From Octopus sinensis (lineage: Eukaryota): DNA of 64,000 bases. Position 1 is the first letter of the stretch, and each line of letters opens with the position of its first letter. A program made the position numbers and the translations under genes. The DNA lies in the NCBI RefSeq assembly GCF_006345805.1, contig NC_043003.1:24924001-24988000 (forward strand), given 5' to 3'. Positions 12,531 through 24,050 of this stretch are shown here, in pieces. The notes under the pieces were generated by a model, which was not told where the DNA came from, did not search any database, and worked only from the letters and a program-made list of their open reading frames with translations.

Positions 12531-13724
12531 TCAAAAATTTTTTTCATACTCGCTCATTTTCGCCATGAAGTTTTCCAAGAGGATGTCGAAAATGTTTTCA
12601 TTGCACAAGTCTTTATGTACATGCATTACAGCACAGTGTGGAGGCGCAATGGCCCAGTGGTTAGGGCAGCGGACTCGCGGTCGTAGGATCGCGGTTTCGA
12701 TTCCCAGACCGGGCGTTGTGAGTGTTTATTGAGCGAAAACACCTAAAAAGCTCCACGAGGCTCCGGCAGGGGATGGTGGTGATCCCTGCTGTACTCTTTC
12801 ACCACAACTTTCTCTCACTCTTACTTCCTGTTTCTGTGGTACCTGTATTTCAAAAGGCCGGCCTTGTCACTCTCTGTGTCACGCTGAATATCCCCGAGAA
12901 CTACGTTAAGGGTACACGTGTCTGTGGAGTGCTCAGCCACTTACACGTTAATTTCACGAGCAGGCTGTTCCGTTGATCGGATCAACCGGAACCCTCATCG
13001 TCGTAACCGACGGAGTGCTTCCACCACAGCACAGTGTGTTGGACGGTGTTGCGTCATTGTGATACGGAGTCAGGTCTTCAAACAGTCAAAGTGTGTTGAT
13101 CATTTTCTCGCTTGATGCAACAGACACAGGCTTGCAACATGACATTTTCATCACAAAGGCCTGTCCATAGCGCTTTCAGAAGAATGGTGCACTGGTGAGC
13201 AAAGTTCAATGCATCAGTAACCATGGCAACCATAGATCCACCCTCTTGGAGGACAAGGTCCAGAGAGTGGTTTCCGCAGGGTACAAAATATGCACCATTA
13301 AACATGTCTTTTAATCTCTTTTGTATGCCTGAAATGTTTCCGCTCATGGTACATGCGCCACCAAAGGCAAAAGCAGCATATTTTTGAGCCCAGAAATGTT
13401 TAGAAGTGTATTCAGGAAGGTTATAAAAGCTGATAAAATCTTCGTGCACATCCTAGTTTTCAGAAACATAACAACAATAACTGATCATTGTTCCATGCCA
13501 GAGCAATCACATAAAACATCTATAAACATGGAATCCTCAACATTTTTTCTGACTTCATGTTGGGTGTTATGAGCATATGCCTCTAGGATTTCATTTTGTA
13601 TGATATCAGATAGGAAATTAACTCTTCGTTTAAGCTGCTGACTTATTTCTGCATCACATTCTTCGGCAAGTTCTTTTATGAGATTTACAAAATTTCCTGT
13701 GACATGTGCTAACTTTCTCTTCAA
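12531..13724 (-). pseudogene. hAT transposase remnant (ZMYM1/DUF4371-like), internally deleted and interrupted by a SINE
   Basis: GNFVNLIKELA...FLSDIIQNEILE (DUF4371-like); GACTMSGNISGIQKRLK...FVPCGNHSLDLVL (CxxH region); C-terminal dimerisation motifs PVSVASSEK and LKT*LRITMTQHRPTHCAVMHVHKDL; stop at 12533-12531. Confidence 0.75.
12641..13025 (+). mobile_element. tRNA-derived SINE, family E (young, intact)
   Basis: A box TGGCCCAGTGG at 12650-12660 and B box GGTTTCGATTCCC at 12693-12705. Perfect 13-bp TSD ACAGCACAGTGTG at 12628-12640 and 13026-13038. Confidence 0.9.
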
Positions 13725-14344
13725 AGATGGAACTAGTAACTCCTTTCATCTATTACTAAGGATATTCCTTGATCCTTCAACAATGGAACTGCGAACTGCT
13801 ATTATCTTTCACTAAGGATTTCCTTTATTCCCTGATCATGAAAATTCTAACCCATACTATGAGTTGTCTGCATTTAGAAGTCAGTTTGGTGATGCGGCTA
13901 AGGAAAGATGCAACATTTGTCCATGCCTATTGAGGAGGCCAAACATCAAATATGTGTTGAAGTATTGAATCAAAAGGATCTAACTCCTTTAATCCAATCT
14001 GTTGTCGCCACATTAATTCGATTGTTTTAGTGGTGAGATAAGCCAATTTTTAATGGGGGTGCGATAACCAAAAAGTACCAAAGTCTGAACCAACACTGCC
14101 ACTGTAGGGTATGTTTCTACTGTAAATTCGGTGGTAGTTTGGTGTCATGCTTTTCCTAGTGCATCGAGTCCCTGGAAGATGAGTAAAGGAACAGTCATAC
14201 ATCAGATATAATCTTTCGTGTTTCGAATAACAACAGATTTTAGGATTCCGGGTTACATGTGTAGAAGTTATTAAATGTGATTTAGTACTTGGTGGTGGTG
14301 ATAGTGGTGGTATAAGATATGTGGTTTTGAGCTGGTTGGTATTA

Positions 14345-14485
14345 TTAGGTTGTCCCAAAAGTTCGTAAACACTTGCGAAAATTGAATTTTTACTTGCCAA
14401 GTACTAACAAAAACAACAAAAATTATTCCTCAAAATAAAGACCATTATTTTCCAAGACTTTCTACGAACTTTTGGGACAACCTTA
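14345..14485. mobile_element. Tc1/mariner MITE (141 bp)
   Basis: 23-bp TIRs T(T/A)AGGTTGTCCCAAAAGTTCGTA match 22/23. TA TSD at 14343-14344 and 14486-14487. Confidence 0.85.
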
Positions 14486-14851
14486 TATTTGTACGAATTG
14501 TGCATCTTGTCCTAGGTAAATGGGTGAAGTTACAGTCACTACGTATGCATAATCTCTCGCGTTGAGAATAGCGGCATGTTTTTGGATTCCGTGTGTGTTC
14601 ATAATTTTATTCCGTTTACAGTTGGCACATTTATCACGGAGCTGTCAGGTATGCAATCAGATTGAGGTGGACAGTGGGGATAGAAAGGAGTGATTCTTCA
14701 CTAATTGGAATAGTAGTAGTAGTAGTAGTAGTAGTAGTAATGGCAGTAATAGTAGAATAGGACGATAATGGTGATGATGGATCTCTCGTGTTATCCTGAG
14801 AAGAATTTTAGAGGCTTGACTGTGGAGAAAAGCTAGGGACTGTGTTTGTTG

Positions 14852-15274
14852 TTTAATAGGTCATCAATTGTTCCAGTATTGAAGAGTGTCTTCCAATGCG
14901 GATCTTGTTGTTGTTGCTATTGTTTAGTTGTGTGTGATAAGAGTAGTAGCAGTAGAACATAATTACAACGATGATGAAGGGTCACTTGTGGCATTCCGAC
15001 AAAATGAGGAAGTGGATAACTGAACTGTGAAGGGCTCTTGATTGTGGAGTTTAATAGGTCATCAATTGTTCCAGTATTGAAGAGTGACTTCCAGGGTTGA
15101 TCTTGTTGTTGTTGTTGCTATTGTTTAGTTGTGGTAAGGATAGTAGCAGTAGAACATTATGACTATGATGATGAAGGGTCACGTGTGACATTCCGAGAAA
15201 ATGAGGAAGAATATAACTGAACTGTGAAGGGCTCGTGATTGTGGAGTTAAATAGTTCATCAATTGTGCTAGTAT
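14852..15274. repeat. Tandem duplication, about 198-bp unit x 2.1
   Basis: Units start at 14852, 15050 and 15247 with TT(T/A)AATAG(G/T)TCATCAATTGT. Confidence 0.9.
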
Positions 15275-15741
15275 ATAATTTGTTATGATTGGTATTCGTA
15301 TTGTTGTCGTTGATATTAGTAGTGGTGGCGGTGGTGGTGTGGTGGTGGTGGTTGGTGGACAATAACAAGAAAAACTTGTTGAAGAGATGAACGCCGGACA
15401 TCACTCTCTTTTTATGATTTACATTTAGGGTTTATTTTCCACAAAAATAAATAAGATAAAAAAGCAGACAAACAAACTGGCAAACAAACATACAAACAAG
15501 TAAATAAGTAAAATAAAAATAAGAAGCTTACTTCCCTACCACATGGTTCCAGGTTCAGTCCCACAGCTAGGTACCTTGGGCAGGTATCTTCTACTATAAC
15601 CATGGGCCGACCAAAGCTTGTGAGTGGATTTGGTAGACGGATACTGAAAGAAGCCCGTCGTATATATATATATATATATATATATGTTGATCTCTTAGAG
15701 AGATTTTAGAACTAGCATTATATGTATGTGTGTGTATGCGC

Positions 15742-15780
<39 letters not shown>

Positions 15781-16103
15781 AAAGTAAGATCCAGGGAGCG
15801 AGGTGTTGGAAGAAAGTTAGCTTCGAGCAATCTGTAGTAAATAAAAAAAAAAAGACCCAAATTTCAGGAACAATAGTTGTTTATTGAGACGGAAGGTTGC
15901 AGATTATAAATTCTTTTATATTTCACGGTAAGCAATCAGAGTTGCCGTGTGTTCGAAAAAGAATACAAGAGTTACGGAATGGAGTAGGAAAGATCCGGGC
16001 TACATGTTTCATAGCGAGTGACACATTCTAATTGAATCTTTCTTTTGCGTCAACATGTACCTTCTTGCGACAATGTAACCTTTAATCTAATGAAGATATC
16101 CTT

Positions 16104-16186
16104 GGCCTGAAGAGTAGCCGGCGATATACACCTCACTTGGATTTTATCACTTCTGGGGTTCCACTCGCTATGAAACATATGTAGCC
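16104..16186 (+). ncRNA. Type I hammerhead ribozyme motif with 48-nt loop II
   Basis: GGC-CTGAAGA-GTAGC(48 nt)GCTAT-GAA-ACATATGT-A-GCC. Canonical core, loopless palindromic helix III, GUA cleavage triplet. Confidence 0.7.
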
Positions 16187-16213
16187 TGGATCTTTCCTAC
16201 TCCAACCTGTAGG

Positions 16214-16250
<37 letters not shown>

Positions 16251-16252
<2 letters not shown>

Positions 16253-16648
16253 CGCAGGAATGGGTGTGTGGTAAGTAGCTTGCTAACCAACCACATGGTT
16301 CCGGATTCAGTCCCACTGCGTGGCATTTTGGGCAAGTGTCTTCTGCTATAGCCCCGGGCCGACCAATGCCTTGTGAGTGGATTTGGTAGACGGAAACTGA
16401 AAGAAGCCTGTCGTATATATATATATATGTATGTGTGTGTTTGTGTGTCTGTGTTTGTCCCCCTAGCATTGCTTGACAACCGATGCTGGTGTGTTTACGT
16501 CGCCGTCACTTAGCGGTTCGGCAAAAGAGACCGATAGAATAAGTACTGGGCTTACGAAGAATAAGTCCCGGGGTCGATTTGCTCGACTAAAGGCGGTGCT
16601 CCAGCATGGCCGCAGTCAAATGACTGAAACAAGTAAAAGAGTAAAAGA

Positions 16649-16650
<2 letters not shown>
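16251..16650 (+). mobile_element. SINE family A (full copy)
   Basis: Starts GGCGCAGGAATGGGTGTGTGG, B box GGATTCAGTCCC, ends GTAAAAGAGTAAAAGAG; inserted in (TA)n. Confidence 0.9.
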
Positions 16651-16696
<46 letters not shown>

Positions 16697-17136
16697 CATA
16701 CATACATACACACACACATGCATGCACGCACATAATACACTCCCACATTCATATACGCACATACACACACCCATCCCCGCACTCACTCAACGTACATACG
16801 TACATACCTCCCCACACGCACACACAAACACACACATCCTAATACAGAGGAGAGACAGACCGACAGACAGACAGAGTGGGGGACACACACGCACCCATAC
16901 ACATGTCCACACACACATACACACAGTTACCACCACATGTACACACGTACTCCAGTTACTGCCACGCACATACGCTACTATGCACACACATGCTATCACA
17001 AACACACATACGCGCAGATACCAACTATTCTTCACACTCGCCTCTCCCGAAAAGCCCTTTCTCTTAGTCCATCTGCTTCCGGTCATTCCAAAATGTAACT
17101 ACACGTGGACTGCATTTGGGCTTTCCTGTATCTCCT

Positions 17137-17171
17137 GTTCCTGAAGAAGAGCCTTGCTCGAAATGTAAAAC
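17137..17171 (+). ncRNA. Minimal hammerhead motif
   Basis: GTTC-CTGAAGA-A-GAGC(CTT)GCTC-GAAAT-GTA-AAAC. Its flanks are homologous to the minus-strand copy at 21770-21905. Confidence 0.55.
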
Positions 17172-17929
17172 AACTACTCTTTCTTACCTTCCCTGAGCGT
17201 CTTATTAATACTTTGCATGTACCAAGTCCTCGCGTTGTTGTTTTGCTCGTCTTTTTTACTTTCTTTTATTAATCATATGTGTGTATGTGTGGCTGTATGT
17301 GTGTGTGCGTGTGTGTGTATCTATGTGTGTGTGTCTTTGTGTCTGTGTTTGTCCCCGCCATCACCGCTTGACAACCGGTATTGGTGTGCTTTCGTCCCCG
17401 TAACTTAGGGGCTAAGGAAGAGACCGATAGAATAAGTACTAGGCTTAAAAAACTATGACTCCTGTAAGTCAATTTGTACGACTAAAACCCTTCAAGGTGT
17501 TGCCCCAGCATGGCAGCAGTCAAATGACTGAAACAGGTAAAAGAATAGCATAACTAAATAACTAAATAAATAATGAATGGCTAATTGTTGCAAGAGAGCA
17601 GGTTTTTCAGCCGATAGTAGTTTGCTTACGAACAGATTAATTCTGATTAAACATGCTCTGACAAGACCAAAGATACCGCACAGTTGTCAATCTTTCCAAT
17701 AAAAGAAAGGAAATATGTTGATCTAGTTACAGATCTTCGTCGTTTTGAAAGCGCTTTGCGAATGATATACATTTCCCAAGTTCATGAATACTTAAGCGGG
17801 TCTAATGTTAGATTTGTAGAGATCTATAGATATCTAACCAATGTATTTATGGCATGGTAGTCACGAACTCTCCTGTCGTAGACGACAGATGAGGGTCCTG
17901 AAATTTCTTGCTGACTAACGTGCACAGAT

Positions 17930-18160
17930 GATATGCTTACGGTGATCAAATGTTTGTACTGAACATAACCTCACTTCTTCCAGCAAATCGACATTGCCTG
18001 TACAGGTGCACGGTGTGCCACGCGTCACATGTCCAAGTGATTGCAAAGCGATGCGAAATGATGTGTTTTGCTCAAGAAAAACAACACATCGACCGGTTCG
18101 GGAATCGAAACAGCGATCTCGCGAGCGAAAGTGCAACGCCTTAATTACTAGGCCACGCAC
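17930..18160 (-). mobile_element. tRNA-derived SINE, family D
   Basis: Minus strand reads CGTGGCCTAGTAATTAAGG...GTTTCGATTCCCGAACCGG...TTCTTGAGCAAAACAC; homologous to 22978-23146. Confidence 0.7.
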
Positions 18161-18488
18161 CATCACTGTATAGTGATACATGCAATTAAAACAGGATCTA
18201 AGAGAGAAATCCATATCTGTGGCAAAGTCGATGACATAAACAGTTTTATTAAAACAACTCCAGTAGATGATATCCCAGGAAATAGAAAAAAGAAAAAGCC
18301 GTACTATGGAAAAGATGTAACACATTGGTGCAGATATGGTGGTGCGGTAAACAGTTTGCTTCCAAACCACATGGCTCCCAGTTCGACCCCAATGTGTGGA
18401 CCTTGAGAAAATGTCTTCTACTATAACCTCTAGCCGACCATAGCCTTGCGAGTGGATTTGGCAGATGGAAACTGAAAGAAACCTGTCG

Positions 18489-18549
<61 letters not shown>

Positions 18550-19687
18550 CAGGGACGTGCCATCTAGGTAGGCGATAGCAACATTTTCCTTTTTTGCCTC
18601 TAAAACCACATTAATGTGGTTTTAGAGTCAAGTTTTGACTGCTATTTCCAGCGTGGTAGTATCTCTTAGATACCCTAAATTATTAATTTAAATAATTATT
18701 ACCTTTGAAGGTTTTTATTCCCATGCAGGTCACCTGATAAGATCGGTATTTAAATATCGATCTTATCCTTATATATATATATATATACGACGGGCTTCTT
18801 TCAGTTTCCCTCTACTAAATTCACTCACAATGCTTTGGTCGGCCCGAGGCTATTAGCAAAAGCATGGTACGTGCTTTTGCTGTTTCGTTTATATATAAAT
18901 ACAGTCGTTTGTTATACTTCGTGAATCTACTGATACAGACTAATAGCCACAGATACGGATCAATAGAGGACTGACCAATGTATTACGTTACAGATTACCT
19001 CCTTTTGGAACGAAAGGACACATTAGAGAGAAACAGTGGAGAGAGAGAGAGAGAGAGTGCTTGTGGAAGAGACAGAGAGAAAGAGGAAGCGGGGATGAGG
19101 GAGGTAGCCAATGGTAGTTCAATTCTTTACATCCTTAAGATGGAAGGCGTGAGGTTAGTACAACAACTCAAACACCAAGACTCACAATCCGAATAAATTG
19201 GTAAAAATTTGTGTCGGCAAGTAATAGTACACAACAGTCAACCTTTTAACCTTATTTGTCTCAGCACGGGTCTAGTGCCAAGATAAACAGAACGAGAATA
19301 AACGTCCTTTAACTAGGTTATCATGTCCATTCTTGTACTAACGTTCTTAATGATTAAGCATTCGCTACTATGGCCATGTGAATTAAATAGTCCAGATTAG
19401 GGTATTGTATAAATTAATTTGTGACGAAAATTTTGACACCAAATAATAAGTGTTTAAGTAAAGTTAATCAGTTTTCGTGCGCTTTTGAATGGTTAAAATG
19501 AGTCTTCTACGCTGTAATTGTTTTAGTTTCAACACACAGTCTTAGAATAAATCACTTTCCAGACAGGTGCACCAAAGAAGTTACTGATCTCTGACTACAC
19601 AAATGAGAAGAAAACACGCACACACACACACATGACCAAAGAAATGGTTGACCTGTAATCCAAGAACATTTGGTGAAACTAAAGATT

Positions 19688-19900
19688 GGTTTCAAATTTT
19701 GGCACAAGGCCAGCTTTTTCGGTGTAAGGGGGATAGTCGATTGTATCGACCTCAGTATTCAACTGGTACTTATTTTATCGATCACAAAAGGATGAAAGGC
19801 AAAGTTGACCTTGGCGGAATTTGAACTTAGAATGTAAAGACAGGCGAAATGCCGCTAAGCATTTTGTCCGATACACTGAGGATTTTGCCAGCTCGCCGCC
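19688..19900 (-). mobile_element. SINE family B (alternative tail GGCCTTGTGCCAAAATTTGAAAC)
   Basis: Head and central domain as in other B copies, with a different 3' tail. Confidence 0.8.
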
Positions 19901-20631
19901 ATACCAAAGATTATATATTAAGGGTAATGAACATCTAGATGGAAAAGAAAAGAAAAACAGGAAGTTGTCCAAGTTTCCGTGGGTGATGGCCATCGAAAGA
20001 GGAACGGTGGTTGATGATGAAGAGCCTAATGTTACTTCCAGTTGAAAGGATTTATTCTTCATGTACTCGGGTTCACGGAATGTTGTGGTGAAAGAATTGC
20101 TGGGTGGTCCATGTTTACGTCTCTCCTTTTCTGAGCCATCCAGGGAGACGATTCTGGGAACGAGTTAAAAAATTGACCCCAGAAATTGTTAGCTTCGCAA
20201 AAGCTAAACCGCTAGACAGGTAAAAAGAAATTAGCGGGAGCTAACGATACCTGGTAACCGCTAACTTTATCATAGGAATTTAGTTTCGGGGCTTTAAAAC
20301 CCCTAAAAACAAACCTTGAGAGATGACATTTTCATATTGTAGCTTAGACATAGAGCTTTCCAAAAAGGTATAGCATGTTAAGATAAGATGATGATAAAGG
20401 TGTACGCAAATAATTAAAGGAACAAATGAAATTAAACATTAGTTCTTCACTCAACACACTTTATTTACTGTACAAAAAATGTTAAACGAATCAAAAAGGT
20501 ATAGCATAGGTATCATGCCAAGGTCAGATAATGATCAAGATGTACTACTCTTTCTTCATCTCCTTTTTCCTTTACTCCTGTCCTCTATGTCGTCATTTCA
20601 TTAATCTATACCCTTCTCATTTTCCCTGTTT

Positions 20632-20687
20632 GTCTCTGATGACGGAATATCCCATACTCTGGGATATCCCAGAAACAGCTGTAAGAC
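20632..20687 (+). ncRNA. Type I hammerhead ribozyme motif, canonical core
   Basis: GTCT-CTGATGA-CGGAATATCCCA(TACTC)TGGGATATCCCA-GAA-ACAGCTGT-A-AGAC. Stem I is 4/4, stem II is 10/12, helix III is palindromic, GUA triplet. Confidence 0.75.
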
Positions 20688-20769
20688 TTTGAATTTTTTT
20701 CCAATAATAATAATAATGTATATGACCTGAGATGTTTGCCTTGCCTTAACGTTTGTTGTCCTTTTTAAC

Positions 20770-20821
<52 letters not shown>

Positions 20822-20852
20822 CACATAGAGAAAGAGTGAGAGAGAGAGATAA

Positions 20853-20925
<73 letters not shown>

Positions 20926-21228
20926 TCAAATATGAAATTAGAAGCAACGTTAGTGTTGTAAACATTATTGACCATATTTGTTCGCTTATTTTCTGGTGGG
21001 CTGCGTCGTTTCCCTCAAATCGCCGAGCGTTAGAATACGTGAAAGTCATAGACAGGCGAGACAACTCACCCCAAATCCCATTCAGGACCGATGGACATTG
21101 ATGCTTCGCCATTTTTGTGGCTTATCAACATCACATACCTGAACCGAATCGGAGGCGAACTGAATCACCCAGTCTATGACTATTTACAAATAGGATGTAA
21201 ACCATTTGCTCGAATGCTACTATGATGA

Positions 21229-21314
<86 letters not shown>

Positions 21315-21325
21315 ATCTATCTATC

Positions 21326-21360
<35 letters not shown>

Positions 21361-21633
21361 TATATATACAAACAGTTGCTCACATCAGCGGAGCAACTAA
21401 CCTCTATGACTGTACATGAATTTTCTGTTGGGTCCCAAATGAATATATAATGTCTCTTTGTACTTCGTAGAGGTTTTGGTGGGAATGTTCCACCAATATC
21501 CCTTTATGTATGTATGTATGTATGGATGTATGTAAGCATGCATGCTTACATATGTGTATCCATATACTTAGCCCTCTGAATATTGGAACGCTAGGCACTT
21601 CTTTATTTTCTCTCTTTGTTTGTTTCTGTGTTC

Positions 21634-21670
21634 CTTTCTTGTCGAAGAGCGTAGGCTCGAAAGGTTAAAG
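21634..21670 (+). ncRNA. Degenerate hammerhead motif (same family as 56179-56214)
   Basis: CTTT-CTTGTCGA-A-GAGC(GTAG)GCTC-GAAAG-GTT-AAAG; the core is damaged. Confidence 0.4.
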
Positions 21671-21867
21671 ACTTTTTCACTTCCCGAACGTTAAACTAAT
21701 ATATCTGTTTGTTGTCTATACCATCTGCCTTTTTTTTGTGAATCCTCCCTATATATATATATATATATAGTTAATCCAAACAAGAAAGCACAAAAAAACA
21801 CAACAACGCGAGGACGTGGAACAAATATAGTATTATTGGGCGCTCAGGAAAGAAGGAAAGAAGGAGG

Positions 21868-21902
21868 GTTTAACGTTTCGAGCGGAGCTCTTCGTCGGAA
21901 AC
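21868..21902 (-). ncRNA. Minimal hammerhead motif, U4C core variant
   Basis: Minus strand reads GTTT-CCGACGA-A-GAGC(TCC)GCTC-GAAAC-GTT-AAAC. Stems I and II are perfect. Confidence 0.65.
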
Positions 21903-21990
21903 ATAGGAGAAGGAAAGATCCAGAGAAGGGAAGACAGAGGGGTACACACGAGGTCCACACACACACACACATATATAATATATATATATA

Positions 21991-22061
<71 letters not shown>

Positions 22062-22103
22062 CGGTGTATACTTTATTTAAAAGCAGCAGAAATAAAACAA
22101 AAG

Positions 22104-22141
22104 CTGTTACTCAGAGTTTCACGTTCCCGTTCGTCGGACAG
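22104..22141 (-). ncRNA. Hammerhead motif (mirror copy in the palindrome)
   Basis: Identical to 22156-22193 on the opposite strand. Confidence 0.7.
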
Positions 22142-22155
22142 TTTTGTTAACATAA

Positions 22156-22193
22156 CTGTCCGACGAACGGGAACGTGAAACTCTGAGTAACAG
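22156..22193 (+). ncRNA. Minimal type I hammerhead motif, U4C core variant
   Basis: CTGT-CCGACGA-ACG(GGAA)CGT-GAA-ACTC(T)GAGT-A-ACAG. All three helices pair perfectly, with a GNRA loop II and a GUA triplet. Confidence 0.7.
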
Positions 22194-22295
22194 CGTTTGT
22201 TATATTTCTGCTGCTTTTAAATAAAGCATATTACTCTACCTCTGGTATTTGAGTACTCTCTTTTCCACCTTGTCTCACATTTATGTGCTTACTCC

Positions 22296-22395
<100 letters not shown>

Positions 22396-22404
22396 CAGAC
22401 AGAC

Positions 22405-22446
<42 letters not shown>

Positions 22447-22718
22447 GTAGATAGATAGATAGATAGATATATAGATAGGTAATATATATCCAATCAAATG
22501 CTTCCGTTTTGTTTTCATTATCATAATATAAACGGTTTCTTGTTTCAGTCTTCAGATTTTGTTTGATAATAATCAGTGTTGTGAAATTCGAAGTTAGGGA
22601 AATTTGAACTTCCAGCTGAATAAATATGTTTTGATGCTCTACATTTCAGTACCGAGCGCGCCCTTTTGCCCTTCATGCCTACTGTGAAGAAGTTATTTGC
22701 ATTCAAGTATCCACTCAG

Positions 22719-22790
<72 letters not shown>

Positions 22791-22977
22791 ATATACAGAC
22801 AGATAGACAGACACATTCACACGTAAGTATGTACTTATATACACGGGGGTCTCTCGAGTCCGATAAAGACGATTCTGCAATTTCTTGCTGATCAAACCGG
22901 CAAAGATGATTTGTTTTTGGTGATCAAACGTTCGAGCAACAATATTTTCTCACACCTTTTATCGAACTGATTACTAC

Positions 22978-23146
22978 CTGGTCAGGTGCACGGTGTGCCA
23001 CACGTCAGACGTCGAAGTGATCGCAGATCTGGATGAGATGAAGTGTTTTGGTCAAGAATACAATATATCGCCCGGTCCGGGGATCGAACCCACGATCTCA
23101 CGATCGTGAGTGCAATCCTTAACAACTATGCCATGCGACCTCACAT
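22978..23146 (-). mobile_element. tRNA-derived SINE, family D
   Basis: Homologous to 17930-18160; B box GGTTCGATCCCC on the minus strand. Confidence 0.7.
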
Positions 23147-23799
23147 GCGTGGTACATACATACAAACATACATATAAACATACATACATGCATGCATACG
23201 TACACATGTATACATTCATACTTACATACACACGCATATATGCATACATACATACCTACATATATTCACATGCATACATATATGCATGCATATATACATA
23301 CATCATGCATGCATGCATGCATACATACATACACATGCGTACATACATGCATGTATACATACATACATTCATAATGCATACATGCATACATATATGTCTG
23401 AGAATGGGATATGCAAGCAGAGCCAAACGGTTATGTGCAAACCAGTTCGAGATTTTTCGATAAAGACTTGCAGTTCCTCATGCAGGCAATCTGTTCTATC
23501 TAAAGAAAAGGCTGCTGATTTGAACCGATACAGTTCGATACTAGTGACGTCGGAGACAAGCTTGCCAGAACGCAAAGAACCGAAACGGATATTACGAGGC
23601 ATTTCGCCCGGCCACCCCGAGCAGTTCCGCCAATCGTTCACTCTGTGTTAGCACTACATCTAACAGTGGAAGCCTTGGTTCAAGAATTCAAGTGTTTTCA
23701 GTGGTGTAGAACCACTTCTTAGCTACTATTGTTTCCAGGTTTACTCTGACCCGAAGTTGTAGCACCTGTCTGGGTCCCAGCTATTGGTTAATAGGTCAG

Positions 23800-24050
23800 T
23801 CGGGCAGATGGAGCTCGTTATCCTGGGGTGAGGGTGGGGTGGAAACTCATCTAAAGGTAGGAAAACCCTGATTCCAAACCTTCGCTGCTTTACGGTTGCG
23901 GCCATACCCAGCGATGGGAAAGGCTTCGGGAGTAAACCTTGAAGGAAAATCGGGAGTCGGAGCCCCTGGGGGAGTTCCACGTTGTCTACAACCTCACTCT
24001 GGTAACTCCTGCGACGACGCAGCTGCCAAATTGTAACGGTCGTGCTGTTT
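23800..24050 (+). mobile_element. Probable RTE-clade LINE 5' UTR
   Basis: GGAAAACCCTGATTCCAAACC...GGGAAAGGCTTCGGGAGTAAACC...GTAACTCCTGCGACG resembles RTE 5' ends as I recall them; not searched. Confidence 0.4.

Larger units (their letters stand above)
22067..22230. repeat. 164-bp near-perfect loopless palindrome
   Basis: Centre lies between 22148 and 22149; 4 mismatches in 82 pairs. Confidence 0.97.

Noticed and set aside
12641-12715. tRNA gene (also at 7784-7851 and other heads)
   Set aside because: A and B boxes are present, but there is no complete cloverleaf or T-run terminator. It continues into a SINE body with a TSD.
20765-21370. (TA)n(AGAT)n ... (ATCT)n(TA)n as a TIR element, and ORF 20765-21112
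   Set aside because: The arms are only opposite-strand microsatellites whose interruptions are not mirror images. There is no TSD, and the ORF has no recognisable domain.
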